Virus record (IMG/VR): IMGVR_UViG_3300044266_000309
Coordinates: 1 to 32,629 of that record
DNA length: 32,629 nucleotides
Origin: a virus
Taxonomy: Duplodnaviria > Caudoviricetes
Direction: 5' to 3' (one strand)
Under the pieces are notes generated by a model. It was given only the letters and a program-made list of their open reading frames with translations, was not told where the DNA came from and made no database searches. The stretch's first letter is position 1; every line of letters starts with the position of its first letter. A program made the translations under genes and the position numbers. Positions 1 to 8,656 of this stretch are shown here, one piece after another.

Positions 1-115
1 GAGATCGAACGCCTGCGCGCCGAGGTGAAACGACTGCGATCTTCCCCAGTCACCATCCACATTGGCAACGGGTTCGGCTACAGCGACATCCAGATGCAAG
101 GGGAGGCCCGCCGTG
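1..115. repeat. Exact direct terminal repeat (copy 1; copy 2 at 32515-32629), indicating a circular/complete contig
   Basis: 1-115 is identical to 32515-32629, and an ORF reads in frame across the join. Confidence 0.95.
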
Positions 116-178
116 ACTGACGACAAAATCGTCCCAACACAAACCACACAATCGTCCAAGGAGGCCGACCGTGGCTGA
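113..178 (+). CDS. 21-aa mini-cassette ORF (MTDDKIVPTQTTQSSKEADRG)
   Basis: GGAGG SD, GTG start, ends in the next junction's TGA; not in the ORF track (too short). Confidence 0.6.
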   Translation: MTDDKIVPTQTTQSSKEADRG

Positions 179-485
179 CGACATCGTGGCCCGAGAAGTC
201 ACAGACCCGTGGCAAGAAATCTGCGATCTGCGTGATGAGATCGAACGCCTGCGACGTTGGAAAAACGAAGCATCTGCCGTGATAGCGGAATGGGAAGCAG
301 TGTTTGATGCCCTTATCGACATTTCCGCGACAGACCTTGGTGCGTCGAAGCCCACGCTTGTGGCAAAAGAGATCATTCGGCTGCGTGCCGAGAACTCCAT
401 GCTTCGCCAGAACGAATGGCGGCTGATCTGGGGACTCTGCACCGAGTGTGGAAAGAACCGTAACAAGGAGGCCAACCGTGGCTGA
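171..485 (+). CDS. Cassette gene, hypothetical coiled-coil protein (MADDIV...EIERLR...CTEC...EANRG)
   Basis: SD at 160-164, coupled at both ends by the junction motif. Confidence 0.85.
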   Translation: MADDIVAREVTDPWQEICDLRDEIERLRRWKNEASAVIAEWEAVFDALIDISATDLGASKPTLVAKEIIRLRAENSMLRQNEWRLIWGLCTECGKNRNKEANRG

Positions 486-666
486 CGACATTGCGAAGCA
501 GGGCGTATGGATCACTTTCCATTACGCCCCCTATGAAGGATGTTGGGAGATTGTGCCTCACGCCTCAGCAGAGAATGCGGCCGCCTACATGTCGCATAAG
601 TCCTTTGTTCCTCGTATTCAGTTCGTGCGGTTTGGTGAGGAGTTGCAGGAAGCCGACCGTGACTGA
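478..666 (+). CDS. Cassette gene, hypothetical (MADDIAKQGVW...EADRD)
   Basis: Start re-called to GTG 478 behind GGAGG 467-471. Confidence 0.8.
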   Translation: MADDIAKQGVWITFHYAPYEGCWEIVPHASAENAAAYMSHKSFVPRIQFVRFGEELQEADRD

Positions 667-859
667 CGACATTGTGACCCGACTGCACCGTCATAACCAC
701 GACTGGCTGCCAACCGTTCACACCCCCTGTGACTACTGCGACGCCCTCGCCGAGATCGAACGTCTGCGTGCCCTTGGCGACAACCTTGCCGACGAATCGT
801 GGAACAACCGCTCTGCCGATGAGGCAGTCGCAGCATGGTGGGAGGCACGCCGTGGCTGA
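659..859 (+). CDS. Cassette gene, hypothetical (MTDDIVTRL...CDYC...EIERLR...EARRG)
   Basis: Start re-called to GTG 659 in the junction motif. Confidence 0.8.
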   Translation: MTDDIVTRLHRHNHDWLPTVHTPCDYCDALAEIERLRALGDNLADESWNNRSADEAVAAWWEARRG

Positions 860-1301
860 CGTTCACCGTTTCGACCAGCCCGGCCTCACCGTTTCGCCCA
901 ACGGCATCGGCAACACACTTGCCGAGGACGACAACGCACGCCTCGACGACGCCATTCAACGCCGCTTCCTTGAGCTGGAGGTGCAACGTCTCACTGAGCA
1001 GCTGCACGCCACCGAGATCGAACTGGCGCAGGCCCGCACCGGGCGAGCATTGCTGGACCTTGAACGGGAACGTGAGGACCGGCTACTGACCGAGGACACG
1101 TACGTCAAGCAGATCAGCCGACTCGTTCTGGAGAATCGTGACCTGCGCGCCGAGAACGAACGGCTGCGCCTGCGCCAAGTGACCACGCAGGTCGACGTCG
1201 GCCATGAGACCGCAATGGAGAAGCTGCGTGACATGCACGCCAGCCTCGATCGCCTTGACGCCCTTCTTGGAAAGGAACGCAATGACCAAGCCCAACCGTG
1301 A
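852..1301 (+). CDS. Hypothetical coiled-coil protein, last gene of the array
   Basis: GTG 852 behind GGAGG 841-845; heptad-rich L/E/R sequence. Confidence 0.8.
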   Translation: MADVHRFDQPGLTVSPNGIGNTLAEDDNARLDDAIQRRFLELEVQRLTEQLHATEIELAQARTGRALLDLEREREDRLLTEDTYVKQISRLVLENRDLRAENERLRLRQVTTQVDVGHETAMEKLRDMHASLDRLDALLGKERNDQAQP

Positions 1302-1791
1302 CCTCGACCAGGCAGCGTGGACGCTGGCCAACGTGGTGGCGATCTCGCTGACCGCCGCACTCGAGCACATCCAGCGTGAACTGTCCGTCCTTGACGGCTA
1401 CAGCAGCGGTGGCCCGGAGGTGATGGTTAGCGCATCCGCTGACCTGACCGGACCCGAGCGCACCGCTGACGCACGCTGGCAACTGACGAGCGCACGTGAG
1501 GATCTGCGTGACGCCAAGGCTGCCGTGCTGGTGTCGATCCGAGACCTGTCTCAGATGTGCAGCCAGATCATGGCGATGCGTGTGCCCAAGGTCGTGGTCA
1601 AACCCGAGGACCGCAAGAAGGACCTGTGCTGCAGCCACCAATCGGGCAAGCACGCCGTCGTCGAGTGGGGCGATGCTCTGTGCATGATGCCCGGCGTCAA
1701 GTCCGGCCTGTGTCAGGCGCATTACATGGCGTGGTATCGCGCACGTGTGCGTGACGGCGTCGACACGGCCAAGGACTTCGAGCCGGTGTAA
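1282..1791 (+). CDS. Hypothetical protein with C-terminal Cys/His cluster; possible late transcription regulator
   Basis: AAGGA SD before ATG 1282; CC...C...CxxH. Function is inferred only from its position at the end of the early operon. Confidence 0.6.
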   Translation: MTKPNRDLDQAAWTLANVVAISLTAALEHIQRELSVLDGYSSGGPEVMVSASADLTGPERTADARWQLTSAREDLRDAKAAVLVSIRDLSQMCSQIMAMRVPKVVVKPEDRKKDLCCSHQSGKHAVVEWGDALCMMPGVKSGLCQAHYMAWYRARVRDGVDTAKDFEPV

Positions 1792-1923
1792 CCGAGCATC
1801 CTTGCTTTGTAACCGGACAAGGTGGCATTCTCCCTACGTTCCGACCCGTGGGCCACAAGCTTGCGGGTCGTTGCGTTGTAGGAAACGTTTAGCGGAGACG
1901 ACACACGCACCTAATACACAAGT

Positions 1924-1976
1924 GACCCCGGCAGCGCTGGAACGCCCCGGGGTCCGGCCAGCAGAGGAGTGCTGAC
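1924..1976 (+). promoter_or_regulatory. Two hairpins directly upstream of the endonuclease VII gene; the second encloses the SD
   Basis: GACCCCGG(1924-31)/CCGGGGTC(1947-54); CAGCA-GAGGAG-TGCTG (1959-1974). Confidence 0.5.
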
Positions 1977-2783
1977 GTGGATCAACTGAACTTGTTTGCG
2001 ACCACCGGTGTCAATATCTCGGAAAAGCTTTCGAACCGTGAGTTGGACGGCATGTACCGACACCTACGTCAAGACTGTCAAGCGCCGCACGTCTTGGCAC
2101 TCAGCGCGTATAGCTTCGGCTGCAGGTGCAACGGTTGCGATGCATTTATGAAGCATTTCCGGTCGCTGCAAGACGGCACACCAAATGTGTGTCGAGAACC
2201 CGGCTGCTCGCAACCAAAGATTAGGAAACAGGGCGCCCACTTCTGCGCGGATCATGATCACCAACGCAAACTGTGCATAGAGCCGGGCTGCAACAAACCC
2301 AAACGACTGGGTTCCGGTGTCAGGTTCTGCGACGATCACGCAGTGATGGTGAACGGCCGCATGATGTCTCACAAATCACACATGCAGGTTGAGTGTCTAG
2401 TGTGTGGGCAGCTCGCATCGACCGTTCGATCAAACATTCATTGGCGAATCTGTACGGCGTGCCGTGAAACGAGTCGATCTCTTGTGACTCGAGCTCGGGC
2501 TCACAAGGTTGATGTTGAAAGGCTTGCTGGGTGGATGCGGGAGCCCTACTGCGCATTGTGTCAACGCCGGCTTTACATCGGCAGTAACGCAAGCGGCATT
2601 GCAATTGACCACGACCACCGTTGCTGCAAAGGTCAAGAATCTTGTGGTCGATGCGTTCGAGGCCTGTTATGCAACGGATGCAACTTGTCGTTGGGGCACT
2701 ACGAGAAACTGATCGCGACGGCTGGCGCCAGTGAACTTGTGGCTTACCTCGCGACGTTCAGTCCAATGACGGCTGCTGCATGA
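1977..2783 (+). CDS. Endonuclease VII-family nuclease (probably free-standing homing endonuclease) with N-terminal Zn-binding repeats
   Basis: CALC...IDHDHRCC...CGRCVRGLLCNGCN EndoVII signature; two CxEPGC...FCxDH repeats; visibly lower GC than neighbours. Confidence 0.85.
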   Translation: MDQLNLFATTGVNISEKLSNRELDGMYRHLRQDCQAPHVLALSAYSFGCRCNGCDAFMKHFRSLQDGTPNVCREPGCSQPKIRKQGAHFCADHDHQRKLCIEPGCNKPKRLGSGVRFCDDHAVMVNGRMMSHKSHMQVECLVCGQLASTVRSNIHWRICTACRETSRSLVTRARAHKVDVERLAGWMREPYCALCQRRLYIGSNASGIAIDHDHRCCKGQESCGRCVRGLLCNGCNLSLGHYEKLIATAGASELVAYLATFSPMTAAA

Positions 2784-3079
2784 GTGCGCTGCATCACAAC
2801 GCTGCGCACCACCGCAACGCCAAGCAGGTTCGCCAGTTTGCTGCAGTGAACCCGCAGCTCCAGTGCTGGCGATGCGGACGAACGGCCGCACAACATCAAC
2901 GCAAGTGGCAGGCCGGCCACACTGTTGACGGCGACCCACTCGCTCGTCCGTGGCTTTCGCTTGCCGAACCACCAGCCGGGTCATGGCTGCGTGCTGAGTG
3001 CGAACCGTGCAACGCAGCGGCTGGTGCTGCTCGAGGGAACGACCTGCGCACTCGTCCTGGCACCAGCCGACGCTGGTAG
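2780..3079 (+). CDS. HNH-type endonuclease, terminase-associated (HK97 gp74-like position)
   Basis: CWRC...AGH...CEPCN, directly upstream of terS. Confidence 0.75.
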   Translation: MSALHHNAAHHRNAKQVRQFAAVNPQLQCWRCGRTAAQHQRKWQAGHTVDGDPLARPWLSLAEPPAGSWLRAECEPCNAAAGAARGNDLRTRPGTSRRW

Positions 3080-3280
3080 ACGCTCAGTTTCTGAAACCGA
3101 ACGTCCTACCCCCTCTGCAATGAAAACCACGTTGCGAACCATCGCTCAGCGCCACACAAAAACGGCCGGTGACCTGCGACGATGAGTTTTAGGAACGGGG
3201 TTGACGTCAAGCACCGCCCCTCTTTACAGATACCCCCCCGTGAAATTTGGACGGTTCGTTCGGTAAACGCTCAGTTTCTG
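3080..3280. repeat. 14-bp direct repeat ACGCTCAGTTTCTG (3080-3093, 3267-3280) bracketing the probable cos/packaging region
   Basis: Exact repeat in the non-coding gap between HNH and terS; the cos assignment is inference. Confidence 0.6.
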
Positions 3281-3320
3281 GCGGGCTCGTGCACGGCGCT
3301 ACACGGCCCCAGGAGGCCCG

Positions 3321-3572
3321 ATGGACGAGCGCAGGCAACGCGTTGAGCAACTGAGAGACCGGTTGGCGACGTTGCTGGAATCCGAGACCGATGGGTCCAA
3401 GGTGGCGGCCTTGTCCCGTGAGTATCGCCAAGTGCTTGAGCTCATCGAGTCGTTGTCACCGCCGGAAACCGGAAGCAAGGTTGATGAACTCTCTGCTCGA
3501 CGGATTGGTCGGAACACAGTCACCGCAGATCCGAGTCGTGCCGCACGACACCGAAAGTCTGCAGGAGGCTGA
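3321..3572 (+). CDS. terS: Terminase small subunit
   Basis: AGGAGG SD; helical protein with AALSREYR...VDELSARR, overlapping terL. Confidence 0.8.
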   Translation: MDERRQRVEQLRDRLATLLESETDGSKVAALSREYRQVLELIESLSPPETGSKVDELSARRIGRNTVTADPSRAARHRKSAGG

Positions 3573-4971
3573 GGACTGCATCGAGTTCGCCGAGACCTAC
3601 GGGCCGGCACGCGATGAATCCCAGAAGATCACACTGCGCGCATGGCTCGGCACGCGAGCCGACGGTCGCTGGAGCGCACCCCGCATCGTCCACGCGATGA
3701 GCCGCCAGAACGGCAAGGGCGACGAGATCGAAGACCGCGAGGCGTACGGCCTCGCGATGCTGGGTGAACGAATCATCCACACGTCGCATGAGGTGCCCAC
3801 CTCAATCGACGCCTTTGAGCGGCTCCTTGCCAAGTTCACCAACTACGACGAGCTGCGCAAGATGGTGCGCAAGGTCACCCGAGTCAATGGGATGCAAGGC
3901 ATTGCGCTGCGATCCGGTGCCGAGATCGTCTACCGGGCCCGAACAGGCGGCGGCGGACGAGGACTTACCAACGTTGCTCTGGTTGTGTACGACGAGGCCC
4001 AGCACCTGCAACGTAAGCACCTCGCTGCATCATCGGCAACCAAGGCAGTGCATCCCAACCCGCAGACGTTGTTCACCGGATCGGCCGGCTTCGACTTCTC
4101 CGAACCGTGGTGGGATCTACGCCTAGAGGCGCTCTCCGGGCGCGCGACTCGGCTCGCCTACATCGAGCACACCGCCGAACAATGCTGGATCGACGACAAC
4201 GGGCGCTTTCAGTCGACCCGCCCCAACGTCGAAGACCGGCAGGCATGGGCCGCAGCAAACCCGGCGCTCGGCACACGCATCTCACAAGAGTTTCTCTACG
4301 ACCAGCTGCGCACGCTCGGACCGGAACTGTTCGCCCAAGAACACCTAGGCGTATGGGTACCGACGTCAGGCATGGTCGCAGCGTCAGGCGCAAAGCTGCC
4401 CGAGCTGGCGTGGCGCGACACCGAGATCACCACGGCCCCAACCATCAACCGTGGCGAAATCACCATGGCGTTCGACGTCGAGGTCGACAACTCGTTTGCT
4501 GCCATCACCATTGCTTCCGGCTCGCTCGCCGATGCCTACATCGAAACCATTGAACATCGACCCGGTGCCGGCTGGCTGCCAGGTCGGCTGGTTGAACTAA
4601 TCACACGCTGGAACCCGACCAAGGTTGTCACTGATGCTGGCAGCGGCGCCGCTGTCGCCATCCTCGCCGAGATCAACGAGCACCTCGAGCAACATCGTGT
4701 TGCGTCGACCGTTGTGCAGGCAATCACGTCAGCCAACTATCGAGCCGCCTGCTCCGCATTCCTGCAAGCCGTCATCGACGGCAAAGTGCATCGGATCGCC
4801 GTTGACAACGACCGCCTATTGCAGGCCGGTCTGACGGCACGTGAGCGACGTGTGGGTGATGCGTTCGTGTTCGATCGTCGCAACAGCCCAGACCCAATCG
4901 TCGCGCTCACCACCGCTGCAATGGCTCGAGCGCAGCTGTCGGACCCTAAGCCGAACGTCTTTGCGTTCTAG
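3484..4971 (+). CDS. terL: Terminase large subunit
   Basis: Walker A-like RQNGKG, Walker B VVYDEAQ, ANPALG, nuclease AFDV; start re-called to ATG 3484. Confidence 0.93.
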   Translation: MNSLLDGLVGTQSPQIRVVPHDTESLQEAEDCIEFAETYGPARDESQKITLRAWLGTRADGRWSAPRIVHAMSRQNGKGDEIEDREAYGLAMLGERIIHTSHEVPTSIDAFERLLAKFTNYDELRKMVRKVTRVNGMQGIALRSGAEIVYRARTGGGGRGLTNVALVVYDEAQHLQRKHLAASSATKAVHPNPQTLFTGSAGFDFSEPWWDLRLEALSGRATRLAYIEHTAEQCWIDDNGRFQSTRPNVEDRQAWAAANPALGTRISQEFLYDQLRTLGPELFAQEHLGVWVPTSGMVAASGAKLPELAWRDTEITTAPTINRGEITMAFDVEVDNSFAAITIASGSLADAYIETIEHRPGAGWLPGRLVELITRWNPTKVVTDAGSGAAVAILAEINEHLEQHRVASTVVQAITSANYRAACSAFLQAVIDGKVHRIAVDNDRLLQAGLTARERRVGDAFVFDRRNSPDPIVALTTAAMARAQLSDPKPNVFAF

Positions 4972-4978
4972 GAGCATC

Positions 4979-5128
4979 GTGGCCCGATTCCGTACGCATC
5001 TCGCCCAGTTCCTTGAGGTTTCCGGGCTGATCTCGCTGGTTGTCGGCGCCTTCCAAGTCACTTCCGCCGCCGGTTTCGCCGTTGCAGGCATCGTCTCACT
5101 GTGGTTCGCAAGGGGGTTGGCAACGTGA
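4979..5128 (+). CDS. Small membrane protein between terL and portal
   Basis: AGGAG SD, 49 aa, two hydrophobic segments, GTGA overlap with portal. Confidence 0.7.
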   Translation: MARFRTHLAQFLEVSGLISLVVGAFQVTSAAGFAVAGIVSLWFARGLAT

Positions 5129-6618
5129 CCGTGCTGTTTCGCAACGCCCCCGCCTCACCGGAACGACGCAACTTCATGGGTGTTCCCGGAGCGATCTCTC
5201 CTCGCACCGGACTCCAGAGCTACCACTACGACTCAATCGAGGCGTTGCGTATCTCCGCCGTGGTTGCGTGCGTCGGCCTGCGCGCCGGTGCATTCGCCCA
5301 GCTGCCCCTCAAGGGCTACCGGAACGACGCCAACGGTCAGCCGCAGGTCATGTCGCTGCAGCCGTCGCTGTACGCAGACCCGTCCGATCGTGTCACGGCG
5401 TCGATCTGGCGCACGCAAATGTCGATCAGCCGTGACCTGTGGGGCTTCGCTCTCGGTCGCATCATTGCGTTTGACGCCGCCATGTACCCGACCAAGGTCG
5501 ACTGGATCGACCCGTCGGCAGTGAAACCTAAGATTGAGAACGGCGACATTGTCTGGCTCGGCAAGGGCGGGCGCGTGATCGACTCCGCCGACCTGTTGCA
5601 CGTCCCGTCGCGCTGGGTGCTTCCCGGCAACCCGACCGGTATCTCGCCGCTCGCCTACAGCGGCCTTACCGACCTTGCCCGCAAGGCACAGGACTTCGGT
5701 CGTGACTGGTTCACCAACGGCGCCGTCCCCTCAAGCATCGTCTACAGCGACGCCCCGCTTGACAGCGCAGCCGCCGAGGGCATCGTCGAGACCATCCTGA
5801 ACAGGTGGACGCAGCGCCGCCCTGCCGTGCTGGGCTCCGGTCTGCGCTACGAGAAGATCAGCGTGCCGGCCAACGAGTCGCAGTTCCTTGAGACCTGCAA
5901 CAAGGTGGCCGCCGACATCGCGATCTCGTTCAACCTGCCGCCGTCCAAGATCGGTGCAGCGATCAGCGGCCAGTCGGTGACCTACTCCAACCGCGACCAG
6001 GACCGCCAGGAGTACTTGGTCGATTCGATCAACCCCGACCTGGTCGTGATCCAAGAGGCGCTGGATCGGCACACACCCAAGGATCAGTACTGCAAGTTTT
6101 CAACTGGCGCGTTCATGCGTTCGGACACGCTGACTCGCTACCAGGCGCACAAGGTTGGCATTGAGTCCGGTTTTCTTACGCCGAACGAAGCTCGTGCGCT
6201 TGAGGAGATGCCTCCATTGCTGGGTGGTGACAGCATCCGCACGGACGTCGCCGCCGGACGAACCCTGTCCCCTGCAGAGGCATTGCAAAAGATCTATCTG
6301 GCAGTTGGCAGCGTGATCAGTGCAGACGAGGCACGCCGAATCGTCGACGACATGTCGGGGACCAAGCTTGCGAGTGTTCCTACTCCGACCTTGGTGGCGC
6401 AACCGACAGCGGTCAATGCATCGCCGGTTGAGCCAACATTGCGAGACACGCACGTCGACATACCCATTGCCGTCACCGTCCGCCAGGAACCGATGACCGT
6501 GCATGTGCCGCCGCCCGTCGTCGAGTTCCAAGCCCCGCCGCCCGTGTCCATGCGTCGTCGTGTCGAACGCGACGAGGCCGGCCGCATCCTCGCCGTGATC
6601 GACGAAGTGGAGAACTGA
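5125..6618 (+). CDS. HK97-family portal protein with long C-terminal extension
   Basis: AVVACV, LLHV, GISPL, FTNGAVP, SQFLE, GFLTPNEARALEEMPPL motifs. Confidence 0.93.
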   Translation: MTVLFRNAPASPERRNFMGVPGAISPRTGLQSYHYDSIEALRISAVVACVGLRAGAFAQLPLKGYRNDANGQPQVMSLQPSLYADPSDRVTASIWRTQMSISRDLWGFALGRIIAFDAAMYPTKVDWIDPSAVKPKIENGDIVWLGKGGRVIDSADLLHVPSRWVLPGNPTGISPLAYSGLTDLARKAQDFGRDWFTNGAVPSSIVYSDAPLDSAAAEGIVETILNRWTQRRPAVLGSGLRYEKISVPANESQFLETCNKVAADIAISFNLPPSKIGAAISGQSVTYSNRDQDRQEYLVDSINPDLVVIQEALDRHTPKDQYCKFSTGAFMRSDTLTRYQAHKVGIESGFLTPNEARALEEMPPLLGGDSIRTDVAAGRTLSPAEALQKIYLAVGSVISADEARRIVDDMSGTKLASVPTPTLVAQPTAVNASPVEPTLRDTHVDIPIAVTVRQEPMTVHVPPPVVEFQAPPPVSMRRRVERDEAGRILAVIDEVEN

Positions 6619-6619
6619 C

Positions 6620-7009
6620 ATGGCGCTCGCCTACAACGCCACGATCCGCAGCGCCATGCTTGACACGATCACATCGGCGGCAGGCGGCTCGGCCACGATC
6701 AAGATTTACGACGGCACCCGTCCCGCAACCGGTGGCGCCGCAACCACGCTGCTGGTCACGCTGACGTGCAACGCCACGTTCGCCGGAGCCGCATCCGGTG
6801 GCGTCCTGACCCTCAACGCCATCACGTCCGGCACCGCCGTCGCCACTGGCAACCCCACCTGGTTCCGGCTGGCCACTTCGGGAGGCACGTTCGTGCTCGA
6901 CGGCAACTGCGGCGCATCGGGCTCCGATCTGAACCTCGGTGCCAGCACCATCAACTCAGGCCAGACCGTCGCCATCTCCTCGTTCCAGATCACTGAGGGC
7001 AACGCCTAG
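6620..7009 (+). CDS. Small beta-rich virion structural protein
   Basis: G/A/T/S-rich, in the late operon, coupled to portal. Confidence 0.65.
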   Translation: MALAYNATIRSAMLDTITSAAGGSATIKIYDGTRPATGGAATTLLVTLTCNATFAGAASGGVLTLNAITSGTAVATGNPTWFRLATSGGTFVLDGNCGASGSDLNLGASTINSGQTVAISSFQITEGNA

Positions 7010-7011
7010 CC

Positions 7012-7812
7012 ATGGCCAACAGCCAAGTCCCGATCACCGCTGGCTCGGGCACAAACATCGACACCGAACTGCCCGCCGGTGGCGACCATCGACAGGTCAT
7101 CGTCGTCGGCGACCCCGCCACCACCGCCGGCGTTGCACCCGTAACGTCACTTACCGGCTTGCGTGTTGAGCCGTACATGACCGAAAAGGCGTTCGGCGCT
7201 ACTGCCCTTGCAGGTTTCCAGCAAGAAGATCAGCCGCACGTCGACGGCCACGCCGGCGTGATGATGCTCGGTGTCCGCAACCATTTCTCCGGTTCGTTCA
7301 CCGATGGCGACTACGCAGCGATCAGCGTCTCGTCATCGGGCGACATGCACACCGTGTCACGCAAAGACCTGCAACGCATTGCCGTTACCTCGGCCGGTCT
7401 CACCAACGTCACCTATGCCGCCGGTGACCAGCTCGGCAACCTGTTCACGATTGCCGGTGCTGCACGCCTCAGCGGTTTCGGCGGCGTGATCACCGGGGTC
7501 AGCGTCATTGACCAGCAAGCAAAGATCGGCGCTGTCGATGTCGTGTTCTTCGACTCGTCCGTCACCCTTGCCGCCGACAACGTAGCGTTCTCCATCTCGG
7601 CAGCCGACTCGCTCAAGGTCGTCGGCCTTGCCCAACTGGCGGGTGCCTACAGCCTCACCAATGCCCGCCTAGCGCAAGCACAGAACCTTGCCATCCCATA
7701 CATGTGCTCGGGCGGCACGTCGCTCTACGCAGCGCTCATAACCCGATCGGCGAACGCAGGCATCACGTCCGGCACCGCCATCCAGTTGAACGTCTACCTC
7801 GAGCGGTACTGA
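7012..7812 (+). CDS. Putative virion structural protein
   Basis: Beta-rich composition and operon position. Confidence 0.6.
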   Translation: MANSQVPITAGSGTNIDTELPAGGDHRQVIVVGDPATTAGVAPVTSLTGLRVEPYMTEKAFGATALAGFQQEDQPHVDGHAGVMMLGVRNHFSGSFTDGDYAAISVSSSGDMHTVSRKDLQRIAVTSAGLTNVTYAAGDQLGNLFTIAGAARLSGFGGVITGVSVIDQQAKIGAVDVVFFDSSVTLAADNVAFSISAADSLKVVGLAQLAGAYSLTNARLAQAQNLAIPYMCSGGTSLYAALITRSANAGITSGTAIQLNVYLERY

Positions 7813-7813
7813 C

Positions 7814-8653
7814 ATGCCGCTGACGTTCGGCGCAGCGACCAGCAACTACTCCAACATCGTCACCGTGTCGTTCGGATCGTCCGGCCAAGCAGGCTTGTTC
7901 GCAGGCTGGTTCTATCCGACGACCTTGACGGCAGGCCGCTACCTGTTCTCAATGGGCAACAACAGCACGACCGCCAACTTCGGCACCAAGGTCGGCACCA
8001 CCACCTCCACGCTGCAGATGAACTCGGCCACGGTAACGCCAGGACTGTGGACCGCAACCGCAGATACCACGCTGTTCCCGTCCGGCATCACGATCAACAA
8101 CTGGTGGTTCATCGCCGGTCTTTGCTCCGTCGTCACCGGCCCCACCGTCGCATGGCGAATGTGGATCGGCAACGAATCCACACCGCCCACAGCGATGACG
8201 ATCGCCAACAACACCGCACCTGCCGGTGCGCTCGCAACTGGCACGACCTACATCGGCAACAACAGCAACGTCGGCACCGCCTCTTTTCAAGGCGACATCG
8301 GCCAACTGTCGTTTCTGTACGCCACCAGCGGCGTCAACAGCCCGCTGCCAATCGCTACCGCAGGCACCATCTCCGCTGACGAAGCGTTGCTGATCGAACA
8401 GACATACCTGCGACCGATCTGGCTCGGCCAACACCCCGGCCACTACGTCAGAGACGGCGTCACCGCAGCCGAATGGGTCATCGTCGAGAACCGGTACGGC
8501 AACAACTACATCCGACAGCAGCTGTCGGCCACCGCAGCAACGACCATCCTTCGAGCCGACGGCACCACCTCGGGCACGACAACCTCAGCAAACGAGCACC
8601 CTCGGCTGATCGACTTCGCAGCCAACGTCAGGAACCCGTACGTCAGGAGCTGA
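7814..8653 (+). CDS. Concanavalin A/LamG-like lectin-domain protein
   Basis: FAGWFYP...NNWWFIAG...YIGN...FQGDIGQL pattern typical of LamG-like folds. Confidence 0.65.
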   Translation: MPLTFGAATSNYSNIVTVSFGSSGQAGLFAGWFYPTTLTAGRYLFSMGNNSTTANFGTKVGTTTSTLQMNSATVTPGLWTATADTTLFPSGITINNWWFIAGLCSVVTGPTVAWRMWIGNESTPPTAMTIANNTAPAGALATGTTYIGNNSNVGTASFQGDIGQLSFLYATSGVNSPLPIATAGTISADEALLIEQTYLRPIWLGQHPGHYVRDGVTAAEWVIVENRYGNNYIRQQLSATAATTILRADGTTSGTTTSANEHPRLIDFAANVRNPYVRS

Positions 8654-8656
8654 CCG

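Larger units (their letters stand above)
102..860 (+). repeat. Five copies of a gene-junction motif GGA(G/A)G-CnnnCC-GTG(A/G)CTGACG starting at 102, 160, 467, 648 and 841
   Basis: Seen directly. Each copy holds an SD, a GTG start 6 nt later and the upstream gene's TGA (8-nt overlap GTGRCTGA). Confidence 0.92.

Noticed and set aside
1-115. Physical direct terminal repeat of the virion DNA (T7-like)
   Set aside because: It lies mid-gene, far from the terminase genes; the HNH-terS layout suggests cos ends near 3.1-3.3 kb.
102-860. Repeat-spacer pattern as a CRISPR array or attC integron
   Set aside because: Spacers are 40-300 bp coding sequences, the repeats are non-palindromic SD/start/stop signals, and there is no cas or IntI gene.
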